Source: Pasteurella multocida
GTDB lineage: Bacteria; Pseudomonadota; Gammaproteobacteria; Enterobacterales; Pasteurellaceae
Length of the DNA stretch: 32,000 bases
Direction: 5' to 3'
NCBI RefSeq assembly: GCF_900187275.1
Contig: NZ_LT906458.1
Location: 1,650,001-1,682,000, forward strand
The position numbers were made by a program, and so were the translations under genes. Under the pieces are notes generated by a model. The model ran no database searches and was not told the origin of the DNA. It saw nothing but the letters and a program-made list of their open reading frames with translations. Shown in pieces: positions 10,558-18,730 of this stretch; positions within the stretch are counted from its first letter, which is position 1, and every line of letters starts with the position of its first letter.

Positions 10558-11505
10558 TTACATATCATATTGAATGAATTGTTGAATCACATCCGCAAAA
10601 CGTTGATCGGCATGGAAACCTAAACCAAGTGCGTGTGAACAGTTAATTGCCGCAGGCCAACTGGCAACAATATTGTTAATCCCTTCGTCAAATGCCACAT
10701 TGACATACTGTAAAATTGCATCCCCTTTTACCTTAGCTAACTCAGACAACATGTTTTCCACAGTCACAGTAAAGCCAGGTAAATTGATGACATGCCAATC
10801 TCTTGCAGGAAGAGAAGGTAGCTGAAGTGCGTGAATAAAATTATTCACGACTGTATTTGGACTTGATAGCCATAATTTTAATTGCACAGACACCGGGCAA
10901 ATCGCCATTTCGTTATGCAACGGCTCACGAATAATACTGCTCACAAATGAAGAAGCGGCTTTATTCGGTTTACCCGGACGAATACAAATGGTCGGCAAGC
11001 GAAGCACGATGCCGTCCACAAACCCTTTGCGGCTATAATCATTAATCAATAATTCACACATGGCTTTTTGTGTACCATAGGTGGATTGTGGTGTGACGGC
11101 AGTATGATCCTCAATAACGTCAGGTAGCTTTCCTCCATAGACAGCTAATGAGCTGGTAAAAATAAAACGAATCTTTGGATTACGACGGCGGCAGCATTCG
11201 AGTAAATGACGCGTCGCTAAGAAATTAATCTCATAGCCTAAATCAGGATCTTGTTCCGCATGGCTACTGACAATCGCCGCTAAATGGAAAATAGCGTCTG
11301 TCTGCTGATCAATAATCTCATCCAATCCTTCTGGCTGGCGTAAGTCCATTTCTATACAACGTACTCTGGGATCATAATTGGGTGCGATAGGCTTAATCAC
11401 ATCAATTAAAATCAGCTCATCGACTTGTACATGTGGATGGGATAACAAGGTTTTTGCTAAACGCTGTCCAAGGAATCCTTGCCCGCCCGTAATGATAATT
11501 TTCAT
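10558..11505 (-). CDS. denD: NAD-dependent epimerase/dehydratase-family dehydrogenase; probable D-erythronate 2-dehydrogenase
   Basis: 315 aa with the extended-SDR N-terminus MKIIITGGQGFLGQRL. Its position in an ltnD/otnK/otnC/otnI cluster matches the characterised DenD context. A GAGGAG RBS precedes it. Confidence 0.75.
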   Translation of the reverse strand: MKIIITGGQGFLGQRLAKTLLSHPHVQVDELILIDVIKPIAPNYDPRVRCIEMDLRQPEGLDEIIDQQTDAIFHLAAIVSSHAEQDPDLGYEINFLATRHLLECCRRRNPKIRFIFTSSLAVYGGKLPDVIEDHTAVTPQSTYGTQKAMCELLINDYSRKGFVDGIVLRLPTICIRPGKPNKAASSFVSSIIREPLHNEMAICPVSVQLKLWLSSPNTVVNNFIHALQLPSLPARDWHVINLPGFTVTVENMLSELAKVKGDAILQYVNVAFDEGINNIVASWPAAINCSHALGLGFHADQRFADVIQQFIQYDM

Positions 11506-11525
11506 CTTTTTCTCCTCAAAAATTC

Positions 11526-11534
11526 ACCGCACTT
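11526..11534 (-). repeat. Uptake signal sequence
   Basis: Exact ACCGCACTT in the denD leader. Confidence 0.8.
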
Positions 11535-11573
11535 TTGTTCACATTTCATGCAGTTTAAGGGTTATTATGTAAG

Positions 11574-11604
11574 AAATGCCCTACCCACTGACAACAGGGC
11601 ATTT
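11574..11604 (-). terminator. Intra-operon hairpin (possible partial terminator or attenuator) between the membrane hydrolase gene and denD
   Basis: 9-bp stem aaatgccct (11574-11582) / agggcattt (11596-11604) with a 13-nt loop. On the minus strand the sequence after it is tttctt. The large loop and weak T-run lower confidence. Confidence 0.4.
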
Positions 11605-11643
11605 TTCGAATGAATAACAACACGACTGTGACGAAATAAAGGT

Positions 11644-13443
11644 TTAGGCTAAGAATCGCCCAATGACTTGACCTCCGACTAACACCCAAGTCATTAACAG
11701 AGAGGTGAAAAATACCCCTAAATAAATATAGCCTGTTTTTAAATAGCACCAGTGATTGATCACGGTGAAGACAATAAACTGTGGAATAATAACGGCTAAC
11801 ATCATCATCCAACGTCCACCAAATTGTGGCAGTCCCACCACATCAAATCCCGGACCGATTTGCATAAAACCAGGAACAAAATGGAATAACCATAAAATAA
11901 TTAAACCACCAGTAGCAAAAAGTGCGGTTTTGAAACTCCAGATCAACAATGTTGCTGTAAACGAACTCGCCACTTTTTGTTTCATTTGGACTGACACGAT
12001 CAAACCGTTGAACACGAAGAAAAAGACCAAAATAGGTAACCAATACACGATAAATAAATTAAACCGCTCTACCGTTAATGGCTTCAATAATGGCCATAAG
12101 AAACGTAACTCAACATGGAAATATTGATAAATCAGACTGACAAGGAAATATAAACCGGCAAATAACAATAAGCTGAGTAATAAATAACGTCCAATCAGTT
12201 GCGCCGTTGTCAAGGAAGCAGATTGGCTCAACACACCAAACTCTGCCCAACAAAACTGTGCTTTTCTTTGCCACAAGCCAAATAAAAGACTACCGACAAG
12301 CCCACTCACAACGAGCCATAAAATAATGCCATTTCCCATTTCAAGTGGCATAAAACTCAATTTCGCGGCAATCGGTTCATTCGCACCGCCCCACTGGGTA
12401 AATAGCGGATAGAGCAGTAATGTCAGCACAATATTAATCAGCGTAAAGCCCCACCATTGTTTGCTCGAAATTGCTGTCTTTTCTGTGACGGCTTGATTCA
12501 TCACGCCAAAATAGGTCGTTTTTAAAAGTCCGCTGGCAAAACATAATGTGGCAAGCAAAGCACAAGCTAAAGCAAATAACCCTGTAAGTTCTTTATACCA
12601 ATAGGTTTGTTGGTCAGGATCAATCCAATCCGCACCTTTTTCGCCATGTTGCAATGCTTGATTAAACCAAAGAATGGCTTCTTTATTACTCTGGGAAGCA
12701 ATCATCACCCCAAGATGGGTACCATCGACCATTGCCGCACGACGTGCAGAACCGGTGTTAAAGTCACCATAGGTATGATCCCACTGCAAAGTTTCATTTT
12801 CGCCTAACCCAAATGCTTTCAGGCGGTTAGGATGATGAATCAAACTTTTTACAGGGAAGGTTCTTTCACGATAGCCACCGATTTCTTCGTACAATCCTTG
12901 TGTCAATAAGTAGTTATTCAATGTCATCTCACCACCATTGCTACTTAATCCATTGACAGCTTTGTGATCTGGATTGAGTTTTGCCACGCGAATTGCATTT
13001 AACGCGCCAGTAGAGTGACCAAAGAGACCTAACCGTGTGTTATCTACAAACGGCAACGTTTTTAAATATTGATAACCATTATTCGCTCCACTCATATTTT
13101 TATTTGAAGCGGGTAACTTAGTAGAATAGCCATGTCCAAAATGATCGATCGCTAGCACCACAAAACCGCGCTTAGCCAGCTCCAACGCACCAAATGTACT
13201 GGTTGCTTCTTTATCACTTTGATAGCCATGCAATGCCAAAAGTCCTGGCTTCGGTGTGTCTGCCGTAGCAGAAACTGGACGATATAGCTTCGCGGCCATC
13301 GGTTGCATTTCTTCTGTCATAAAGCTCACATGGCTCACCTCAATTCGACCAAAATCGCGATCTATTGCCGAAGCAAGATAGGCACCTAAAAACGTGAACA
13401 AAAGAAACACACTTCCCCAAAAATAAGGTTTACTTGAATGCAT
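11644..13443 (-). CDS. Membrane protein: N-terminal anchor, alpha/beta serine hydrolase domain and C-terminal 8-TM module (599 aa); function unknown
   Basis: The start was moved to the ATG at 13443 (MHSSKPYFWG...), preceded by GAGGAGAG and lying 1 nt after the cyclase-family stop codon. TM0 is FWGSVFLLFTFLGAYLASA. The hydrolase motifs are LLALHGYQSDKE (HG oxyanion) and GLFGHSTGA (GxSxG; Ser codon at 13012-13014). About eight hydrophobic helices run from about residue 285 to the C-terminus. Confidence 0.7.
   Translation of the reverse strand: MHSSKPYFWGSVFLLFTFLGAYLASAIDRDFGRIEVSHVSFMTEEMQPMAAKLYRPVSATADTPKPGLLALHGYQSDKEATSTFGALELAKRGFVVLAIDHFGHGYSTKLPASNKNMSGANNGYQYLKTLPFVDNTRLGLFGHSTGALNAIRVAKLNPDHKAVNGLSSNGGEMTLNNYLLTQGLYEEIGGYRERTFPVKSLIHHPNRLKAFGLGENETLQWDHTYGDFNTGSARRAAMVDGTHLGVMIASQSNKEAILWFNQALQHGEKGADWIDPDQQTYWYKELTGLFALACALLATLCFASGLLKTTYFGVMNQAVTEKTAISSKQWWGFTLINIVLTLLLYPLFTQWGGANEPIAAKLSFMPLEMGNGIILWLVVSGLVGSLLFGLWQRKAQFCWAEFGVLSQSASLTTAQLIGRYLLLSLLLFAGLYFLVSLIYQYFHVELRFLWPLLKPLTVERFNLFIVYWLPILVFFFVFNGLIVSVQMKQKVASSFTATLLIWSFKTALFATGGLIILWLFHFVPGFMQIGPGFDVVGLPQFGGRWMMMLAVIIPQFIVFTVINHWCYLKTGYIYLGVFFTSLLMTWVLVGGQVIGRFLA
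11920..11928 (+). repeat. Uptake signal sequence
   Basis: Exact AAGTGCGGT inside the membrane hydrolase gene. Confidence 0.8.
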
Positions 13444-13444
13444 C

Positions 13445-14119
13445 TTATCTCTCCTCTGCAAGCACAGTCACTTGTGCGCTATCAATTCCTTTGACTAATA
13501 AAGGCATCGCTAATACCCGCATTAACGTTTCACTGTTCACTTGAGATAATTTCATATCTTCAATAATGCAAATAAAGGCTGGCTTATACATCCCAAGCAT
13601 CACTTGATGTGCTTCCACACCATGTTCGGGATTTGCCGGCGATGCCAAGGAAATAAAATCAAAACCAATCGCTTTTAAATGACTCGCATGATCAATCAAA
13701 TATTTCGCTGCTTGGATACTGACAGCGCCGCCATTTGCAGCATATTGTTGCGGGTCGGTTTGGCGTAACTGCTCTAACCCCGTACGAATGAAAAGAGAGT
13801 CCGCTTGTTGCATTTGTGTCAAATAAGGCGCCAGATCTTCAGGTTCAATTAATGTACCGGGTGCTTTGGGAATATCAACTAACAACGGTTTTTCATAAAT
13901 AAATGTACTCAATGGCAGTTCTGAAATAGATAAGCCATTTGGATTGAAATGTTTTGGCGCATCAAAATGTGTACCAAAATGATTAAATAAATGAATAATG
14001 GCACTGTTATAAACATCCCCTTCGGCAATGCTCGTGCTACTTTCGAAAGTCAGTGTCGGCTCCCCGGGAAACCCGGGATCCTTGATATCTAACGGATAAG
14101 ACAGTAATTGATAATTCAT
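13445..14119 (-). CDS. Cyclase-family protein (kynurenine formamidase / isatin hydrolase-like metal-dependent hydrolase)
   Basis: 224 aa with the family signature HxGTHxDxPxH, present as HFGTHFDAPKH. An AGGAG RBS lies 7 nt before the ATG, and the gap after the otnI stop is 15 nt. Confidence 0.75.
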   Translation of the reverse strand: MNYQLLSYPLDIKDPGFPGEPTLTFESSTSIAEGDVYNSAIIHLFNHFGTHFDAPKHFNPNGLSISELPLSTFIYEKPLLVDIPKAPGTLIEPEDLAPYLTQMQQADSLFIRTGLEQLRQTDPQQYAANGGAVSIQAAKYLIDHASHLKAIGFDFISLASPANPEHGVEAHQVMLGMYKPAFICIIEDMKLSQVNSETLMRVLAMPLLVKGIDSAQVTVLAEER

Positions 14120-14134
14120 CTTAGCGCTCCTGAC

Positions 14135-14917
14135 TTACGCGTCTTTATAAGGCGCAAACCAATCTAATCCGACGACAGTTTCGATTTTTGGCTTATATTC
14201 ACAGCCAATAAAGCCGCGATAGCCCATTTGATCTAACTTATCAAATAAATAAGTGTAGTTAATTTCTCCTTCATTCGGCTCATGACGATCTGGTACCGAG
14301 GCAATTTGAATATGTGCCACTTTGTCTTTCAACAAATCTGTCAGCTGTGACAACTTGCCATCGACATTTTGGGCATGAAAATAATCAAGCTGGATAAAGA
14401 CATTATCCCGATCAACTAAATTCACAATGTCTAATGTATCAAATTGACTTTTTAGCAAATAATTTGGTTTCACCTGTGGACTTAAGGCTTCGAGTAGAAT
14501 CTTAATACCATGCGGTTTGAATTTTTCTGCCGCGTAACGAAGATTCTGCACAAAGGTACGTTTATACAGCTCGCGATCCGCACCTTCTGGTACAACCGCT
14601 GCCATAATATGAACACTCGGGCAATCGAGTGCTAGCGCATATTCCAAGGCTAAATCAATATCACGATGACTGTCTTGTTCGCGTCCCGGAATCGCTGACA
14701 CGCCCCACTCCCCTTGTTCAATATTTCCCGCAGCCGTATTAAATAACACTTGCTTCAGCCCATATTGCACCAATTTTTCTTTTAACACTGAGGCGGGATA
14801 GTCATAAGGCCATAAATATTCCACATATTTAAAGCCCGCTTTCGACGCCGCTTCAAAACGATCTAAAAAAGGCACTTCAGTAAACATCATGGTTAAATTT
14901 GCAGCAAATTTTGGCAT
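14135..14917 (-). CDS. otnI: 2-oxo-tetronate isomerase (hydroxypyruvate isomerase family)
   Basis: 260 aa, collinear with E. coli Hyi-type TIM-barrel proteins ([23 protein letters not shown]). The start is 1 nt after the otnC stop. Confidence 0.85.
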   Translation of the reverse strand: MPKFAANLTMMFTEVPFLDRFEAASKAGFKYVEYLWPYDYPASVLKEKLVQYGLKQVLFNTAAGNIEQGEWGVSAIPGREQDSHRDIDLALEYALALDCPSVHIMAAVVPEGADRELYKRTFVQNLRYAAEKFKPHGIKILLEALSPQVKPNYLLKSQFDTLDIVNLVDRDNVFIQLDYFHAQNVDGKLSQLTDLLKDKVAHIQIASVPDRHEPNEGEINYTYLFDKLDQMGYRGFIGCEYKPKIETVVGLDWFAPYKDA

Positions 14918-14918
14918 A

Positions 14919-15551
14919 CTATTTTCCCCTCTTTTCGAGATCTTTCACTTCGTCATCGGTCAGATAACGAACTTGTTGGCCTTTTAAGAGGAAATACAAT
15001 TTTGCGGTTTCCTCTAATTCTTCGGTATTGTCCACGGCATCAACCAAATCGGTTCCCGTTACAACCACACCGTGATTGGCCAATAAAAACGCTTTGCTCA
15101 GTAATGCGCGCTCACTCAGTTCACGCGCAATATTCGTATCACCGGGGCGATAATAAGGAATCACCGGAAGCTTGCCGACACGCATCACATAGTAGGGTGT
15201 GAATGCTTTCATCGCATTATCTGGATTGAGCCCCTCTAAACACGAAAGGGCAGTGAGATAAGTTGAATGTAAATGAACAATGGCATGACATGCCGGATTT
15301 TTGTGATACATCGCCAAATGAAAGACAGACTCCTTAGAGGGCTTCTTACCCGATAACAAGTTGCCTTCCATATCCAATACAGAGAGACTGTCCGCCTCTA
15401 AACGCCCCAAAGAAGAGCCCGTTGGCGTGACTAAAATACGTTTCTCATCTAAACGTACAGACAAATTTCCTGCGCCCCCCACACTATAGCCTCGTTCAAA
15501 TAATGAGCGCGCAAGATTCACCATTTCTTTTTTTTGTTCGAGTTCTGTCAT
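14919..15551 (-). CDS. otnC: 3-oxo-tetronate 4-phosphate decarboxylase (class II aldolase/adducin family)
   Basis: 210 aa with a class II aldolase fold sequence ([12 protein letters not shown]). Its ATGA start/stop overlap with otnK indicates translational coupling. Confidence 0.85.
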   Translation of the reverse strand: MTELEQKKEMVNLARSLFERGYSVGGAGNLSVRLDEKRILVTPTGSSLGRLEADSLSVLDMEGNLLSGKKPSKESVFHLAMYHKNPACHAIVHLHSTYLTALSCLEGLNPDNAMKAFTPYYVMRVGKLPVIPYYRPGDTNIARELSERALLSKAFLLANHGVVVTGTDLVDAVDNTEELEETAKLYFLLKGQQVRYLTDDEVKDLEKRGK

Positions 15552-16789
15552 ATCAACATTCCTTGTGCGAAAGCAAAAAAGTCTTCTGTCCCGAAATTCC
15601 CTGATTTCAAAGCAAGATAAATATCTTCATCTAATGCTTTTAACCAAGGCACTCCGGGAGCAATTTGTTTACCGATTTGGAAGCCTGTAAAACCAAGTTG
15701 CTGAACCACAATGCTTGACGTTTCTCCACCCGCAGTAATGAAGTTCACTACCCCAGCGGCTTTCAGTTTTTGCGCGAGCTGTGCAAATGTGTTTTCGATC
15801 GCTTGGCTAGCTTTTTCCACACCAAATTCCGCTTGAATTTGTTTGAGCTTATCGGGTGATACCGTGGCATACACCATAGGCGCCAAATCGTGATCTAAAT
15901 GAGCAATAACCCATTTTGCTAGCACATCGGCATACGCAGGATTTGATAGGCTTTGTTCAACATCCAAATAAAAGTGCGGTGCTTTTTCTGCATATTTCGC
16001 CACTTGTTTATTGGTCATCACAGAACAAGACCCTGACAGCACCACCGTTTTACCTTTTGGTGGCAATAACGCATTGTCGCCATGCTGACCACCACTAGCA
16101 CGCGCCGCCATATAAGCAGCTAATCCCGATCCACCCGTCACCAATTTCAAGTCTGTAATGGCTTCTGCCAAAACAGCTAATTGATCATTATCGACAGAAT
16201 CCACGACTGCATAACGGAAGCCTTGTTGTTGTAAAGTACGAAAACACGATTTCACATAGTCACTGCCTTTCAACAGATCCGCATAGCACACAAGTCCTGT
16301 TTTCCCGAGCGCTTGTTGATCCATCAAGCGCACTAAATTGGCATCTTTCATCGGCGTAATCGGGTGATTTTGCATACCGGATTCATTCAATAGCACCTCA
16401 CCAACAAACAGATAACCATTAAAAATAGTGCGACCATTAACCGGTAAAGCTGGGCAAATAATCGTGAAATCCGCGTTTAACGCATCCAATAATGCATCCG
16501 TCACAGGACCAATATTGCCTTTTGCTGTACTATCAAAGGTGGAACAATATTTAAAATAGAACTGAGTACAGCCCTGTTGTTGTAACCAATGTAGTGCTTG
16601 TAAAGATTGAGCGATGGCTTCATCAACGGGATTAGAACGTGACTTTAAACTGATCACAATCGCATCCACAGGCGCTGTCAACGACTGCTTAGGCACCCCA
16701 TTCATCTGTACGGTAGCAAGCCCATTTTCCACTAGAAAACTGGCAATATCACTCGCACCAGTAAAATCATCTGCAATGACACCTAACAT
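15548..16789 (-). CDS. otnK: 3-oxo-tetronate kinase (DUF1537 four-carbon acid sugar kinase)
   Basis: 413 aa with N-terminus MLGVIADDFTGASD, typical of the DUF1537 kinase family. The start was moved to the ATG at 16789, 7 nt after AAGGAG. The track start is a GTG two codons upstream. Confidence 0.88.
   Translation of the reverse strand: MLGVIADDFTGASDIASFLVENGLATVQMNGVPKQSLTAPVDAIVISLKSRSNPVDEAIAQSLQALHWLQQQGCTQFYFKYCSTFDSTAKGNIGPVTDALLDALNADFTIICPALPVNGRTIFNGYLFVGEVLLNESGMQNHPITPMKDANLVRLMDQQALGKTGLVCYADLLKGSDYVKSCFRTLQQQGFRYAVVDSVDNDQLAVLAEAITDLKLVTGGSGLAAYMAARASGGQHGDNALLPPKGKTVVLSGSCSVMTNKQVAKYAEKAPHFYLDVEQSLSNPAYADVLAKWVIAHLDHDLAPMVYATVSPDKLKQIQAEFGVEKASQAIENTFAQLAQKLKAAGVVNFITAGGETSSIVVQQLGFTGFQIGKQIAPGVPWLKALDEDIYLALKSGNFGTEDFFAFAQGMLI
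15972..15980 (+). repeat. Uptake signal sequence
   Basis: Exact AAGTGCGGT inside otnK. Confidence 0.8.
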
Positions 16790-16791
16790 AA

Positions 16792-17697
16792 TCACGCTCC
16801 TTTTTTCTGTGGTAATTCAATGCCACTAAAAATCTTAATCACCGCACTATCATCTTCTTTGCCATACCCCGCATTGCTGGCTGACGTAAACATATTAAAC
16901 GCCGTGCTTGCTAGCGGTAACGGGAACTTCAAAGATTTTGCAGTATCCGTGACAAGACCTAAATCTTTCACAAAAATATCTACCATAGACAGTGGGGTAT
17001 AGTCGCCCTCTACAACGTGCTTCATACGATTTTCAAACATCCAAGAATTCCCTGCAGCATGAGTCACCACGTCATACATTAAATCGAGTGGAATACCAGC
17101 TCTAGCTGCTAATGCCATGGCTTCTGCACCCGCGGCAATATGTACCCCCGCGAGTAATTGGTGAATAATTTTCACGGTTGCCCCTAAGCCAATTTCTTCA
17201 CCGATGTTATACACTTTACCCGCCACCGCATCTAAGACTGGTTGCAATTTCGTAAAAGCTTGTTGAGAACCAGATGCCATCACGGTCATCTCGCCTGCCG
17301 CCGCTTTTGCTGCCCCTCCAGAAACAGGCGCATCTAACATCACCAACCCTAGCTCTGTTAATTTTTGTGAAATCTGCTGCGCATCTTGTGCAGAAATGGT
17401 AGAAGAGACCATCACCGCAGTACCTGGTTTTAAATGACTTGCCAAGCCTTTCTCGCCAAATAGCACTGTATTCACTTGGCTAGCATTGACAACTAACAAC
17501 AACACCGCATCTAATTCTTGTGCAAAATCCACCGCGCTTTGTGATACGCCTTTTGCTCCCTCGGCTTTAAGTTTCTCCAAGGCAAGCGGGTTCAGATCTG
17601 CACCGTAAGTTGTTAATCCTGCTCGAATACAAGATTGCGCGGCGCCCATTCCCATTGCACCTAAGCCAATCACGGCGACTGAAATATTTTGATTCAT
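16792..17697 (-). CDS. ltnD: L-threonate dehydrogenase (beta-hydroxyacid dehydrogenase family)
   Basis: 301 aa with the Rossmann motif VAVIGLGAMGMG and a 3-hydroxyisobutyrate dehydrogenase-like sequence. The start was moved to the ATG at 17697 (MNQNIS...), 4 nt after GGAGGA. Confidence 0.82.
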   Translation of the reverse strand: MNQNISVAVIGLGAMGMGAAQSCIRAGLTTYGADLNPLALEKLKAEGAKGVSQSAVDFAQELDAVLLLVVNASQVNTVLFGEKGLASHLKPGTAVMVSSTISAQDAQQISQKLTELGLVMLDAPVSGGAAKAAAGEMTVMASGSQQAFTKLQPVLDAVAGKVYNIGEEIGLGATVKIIHQLLAGVHIAAGAEAMALAARAGIPLDLMYDVVTHAAGNSWMFENRMKHVVEGDYTPLSMVDIFVKDLGLVTDTAKSLKFPLPLASTAFNMFTSASNAGYGKEDDSAVIKIFSGIELPQKKGA

Positions 17698-17781
17698 AAG
17701 TTCCTCCACTCAGATTTTAACGGGTGTTCGACTAACACTATATTGCCTCCTTTTATAAAATAAATCTGCGATCGAGATCTC

Positions 17782-17816
17782 AAAATTTAACAAATCAATG
17801 TTAAATTTTGTTAAAT
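17782..17816. promoter_or_regulatory. Candidate operator array for the DeoR regulator (TGTTAAAT repeats)
   Basis: 11-bp perfect inverted repeat aaaatttaaca (17782-17792) / tgttaaatttt (17799-17809) with a 6-nt spacer. A third direct copy, tgttaaat (17809-17816), follows immediately. A related GTTAAAT occurs at 17893-17899. The array lies between the divergent ltnD and regulator starts. Confidence 0.5.
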
Positions 17817-17911
17817 GCGTTTATTTTTAAGCCTTAAAATAGAAAACTTACACAGAATAAAAAAAATCAGCGTATAATTTGCCTTAATTTTGGTTAAATG
17901 GATGTAAAAGC

Positions 17912-18673
17912 ATGTTAATCCCCGCAGAACGTCAAAAGAAAATCCTTAATTTAATTCATCAACAAGGTATTGTCCGCATTACGAATCTGGTCGAATTAAT
18001 GGGTGTTTCCCACATGACCATTCGTCGCGATATTCAAAAATTGGAAGAAAAGGGCAAAGTCGTTTCTGTTTCGGGGGGAGTACAGCTATTAGAAAGGTTA
18101 ATTTCCGAGCCTACTCGCGATGATAAATCGCTGTTATTTCATCAACAAAAATCAGCGATTGGTTTAGTCGCCGCAAATCTGATTCCTGCCAATGCAACGA
18201 TCTATTTAGATGCAGGCACCACCACTTTAGAAATCGCCAAACAGATTACAGATCGTGATGACTTATTGGTAATCACCAATGATTTTGGCATTGTGGATTA
18301 CTTAATTAGCAATGGACGTTGTGACTTAATTCATACTGGGGGGCGAGTGTGTAAAGAAAATCGTTCTTCTGTGGGGGAATTATCTGCCCAATTTTTGCGG
18401 AACATTTCTATTGATATCGCCTTTATTTCGACTTCCTCATGGAATTTACAAGGATTGACGACACCAGATGAAAATAAATTACCGGTTAAACGTGCCATTG
18501 TACAAGCTAGCAGACGGAATATCCTTGTCACAGACTCCTCAAAATACGGCAAAGTCGCGACGTTTTTACTCTATGCTCTGGATACATTAGATCAAATTAT
18601 TTGCGATAAAGCTTTGCTCATCAACGCGCAAGAAAAGATTAAAGAAATGGATATTGAACTTTTGTTAGTGTAA
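17912..18673 (+). CDS. DeoR-family transcriptional regulator of the tetronate operon
   Basis: 253 aa with an N-terminal wHTH (ITNLVELMGVSHMTIRRDIQKLEEKG) and a C-terminal DeoR sugar-phosphate sensor domain. It is divergent from ltnD, and a TATAAT lies at 17873-17878. Confidence 0.88.
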   Translation: MLIPAERQKKILNLIHQQGIVRITNLVELMGVSHMTIRRDIQKLEEKGKVVSVSGGVQLLERLISEPTRDDKSLLFHQQKSAIGLVAANLIPANATIYLDAGTTTLEIAKQITDRDDLLVITNDFGIVDYLISNGRCDLIHTGGRVCKENRSSVGELSAQFLRNISIDIAFISTSSWNLQGLTTPDENKLPVKRAIVQASRRNILVTDSSKYGKVATFLLYALDTLDQIICDKALLINAQEKIKEMDIELLLV

Positions 18674-18674
18674 G

Positions 18675-18716
18675 AAAAAATGCGGTGAATATGTCAACAT
18701 ATTCACTGCATTGTTA
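18675..18716. terminator. Bidirectional terminator hairpin between the DeoR regulator gene and pepD
   Basis: 9-bp perfect stem gtgaatatg (18685-18693) / catattcac (18698-18706) with loop tcaa, extendable to 13 bp with one G-U pair. An A6 run upstream gives a T6 run on the pepD (minus) strand. Confidence 0.7.
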
Positions 18717-18730
18717 TGCTCGTTTAATGC

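Noticed and set aside
11555-12127. Three small ORFs (11555-11812 minus, 11756-12127 plus, 11843-12043 minus) overlapping the 3' part of the membrane hydrolase gene. I considered whether the 599-aa fusion is really two genes.
   Set aside because: The 11644-13443 frame is continuous and its hydrophobic-helix periodicity runs to the stop codon. The alternative ORFs have no RBS and are out of frame or antisense. I see no internal stop or frame change between the hydrolase domain and the membrane module.
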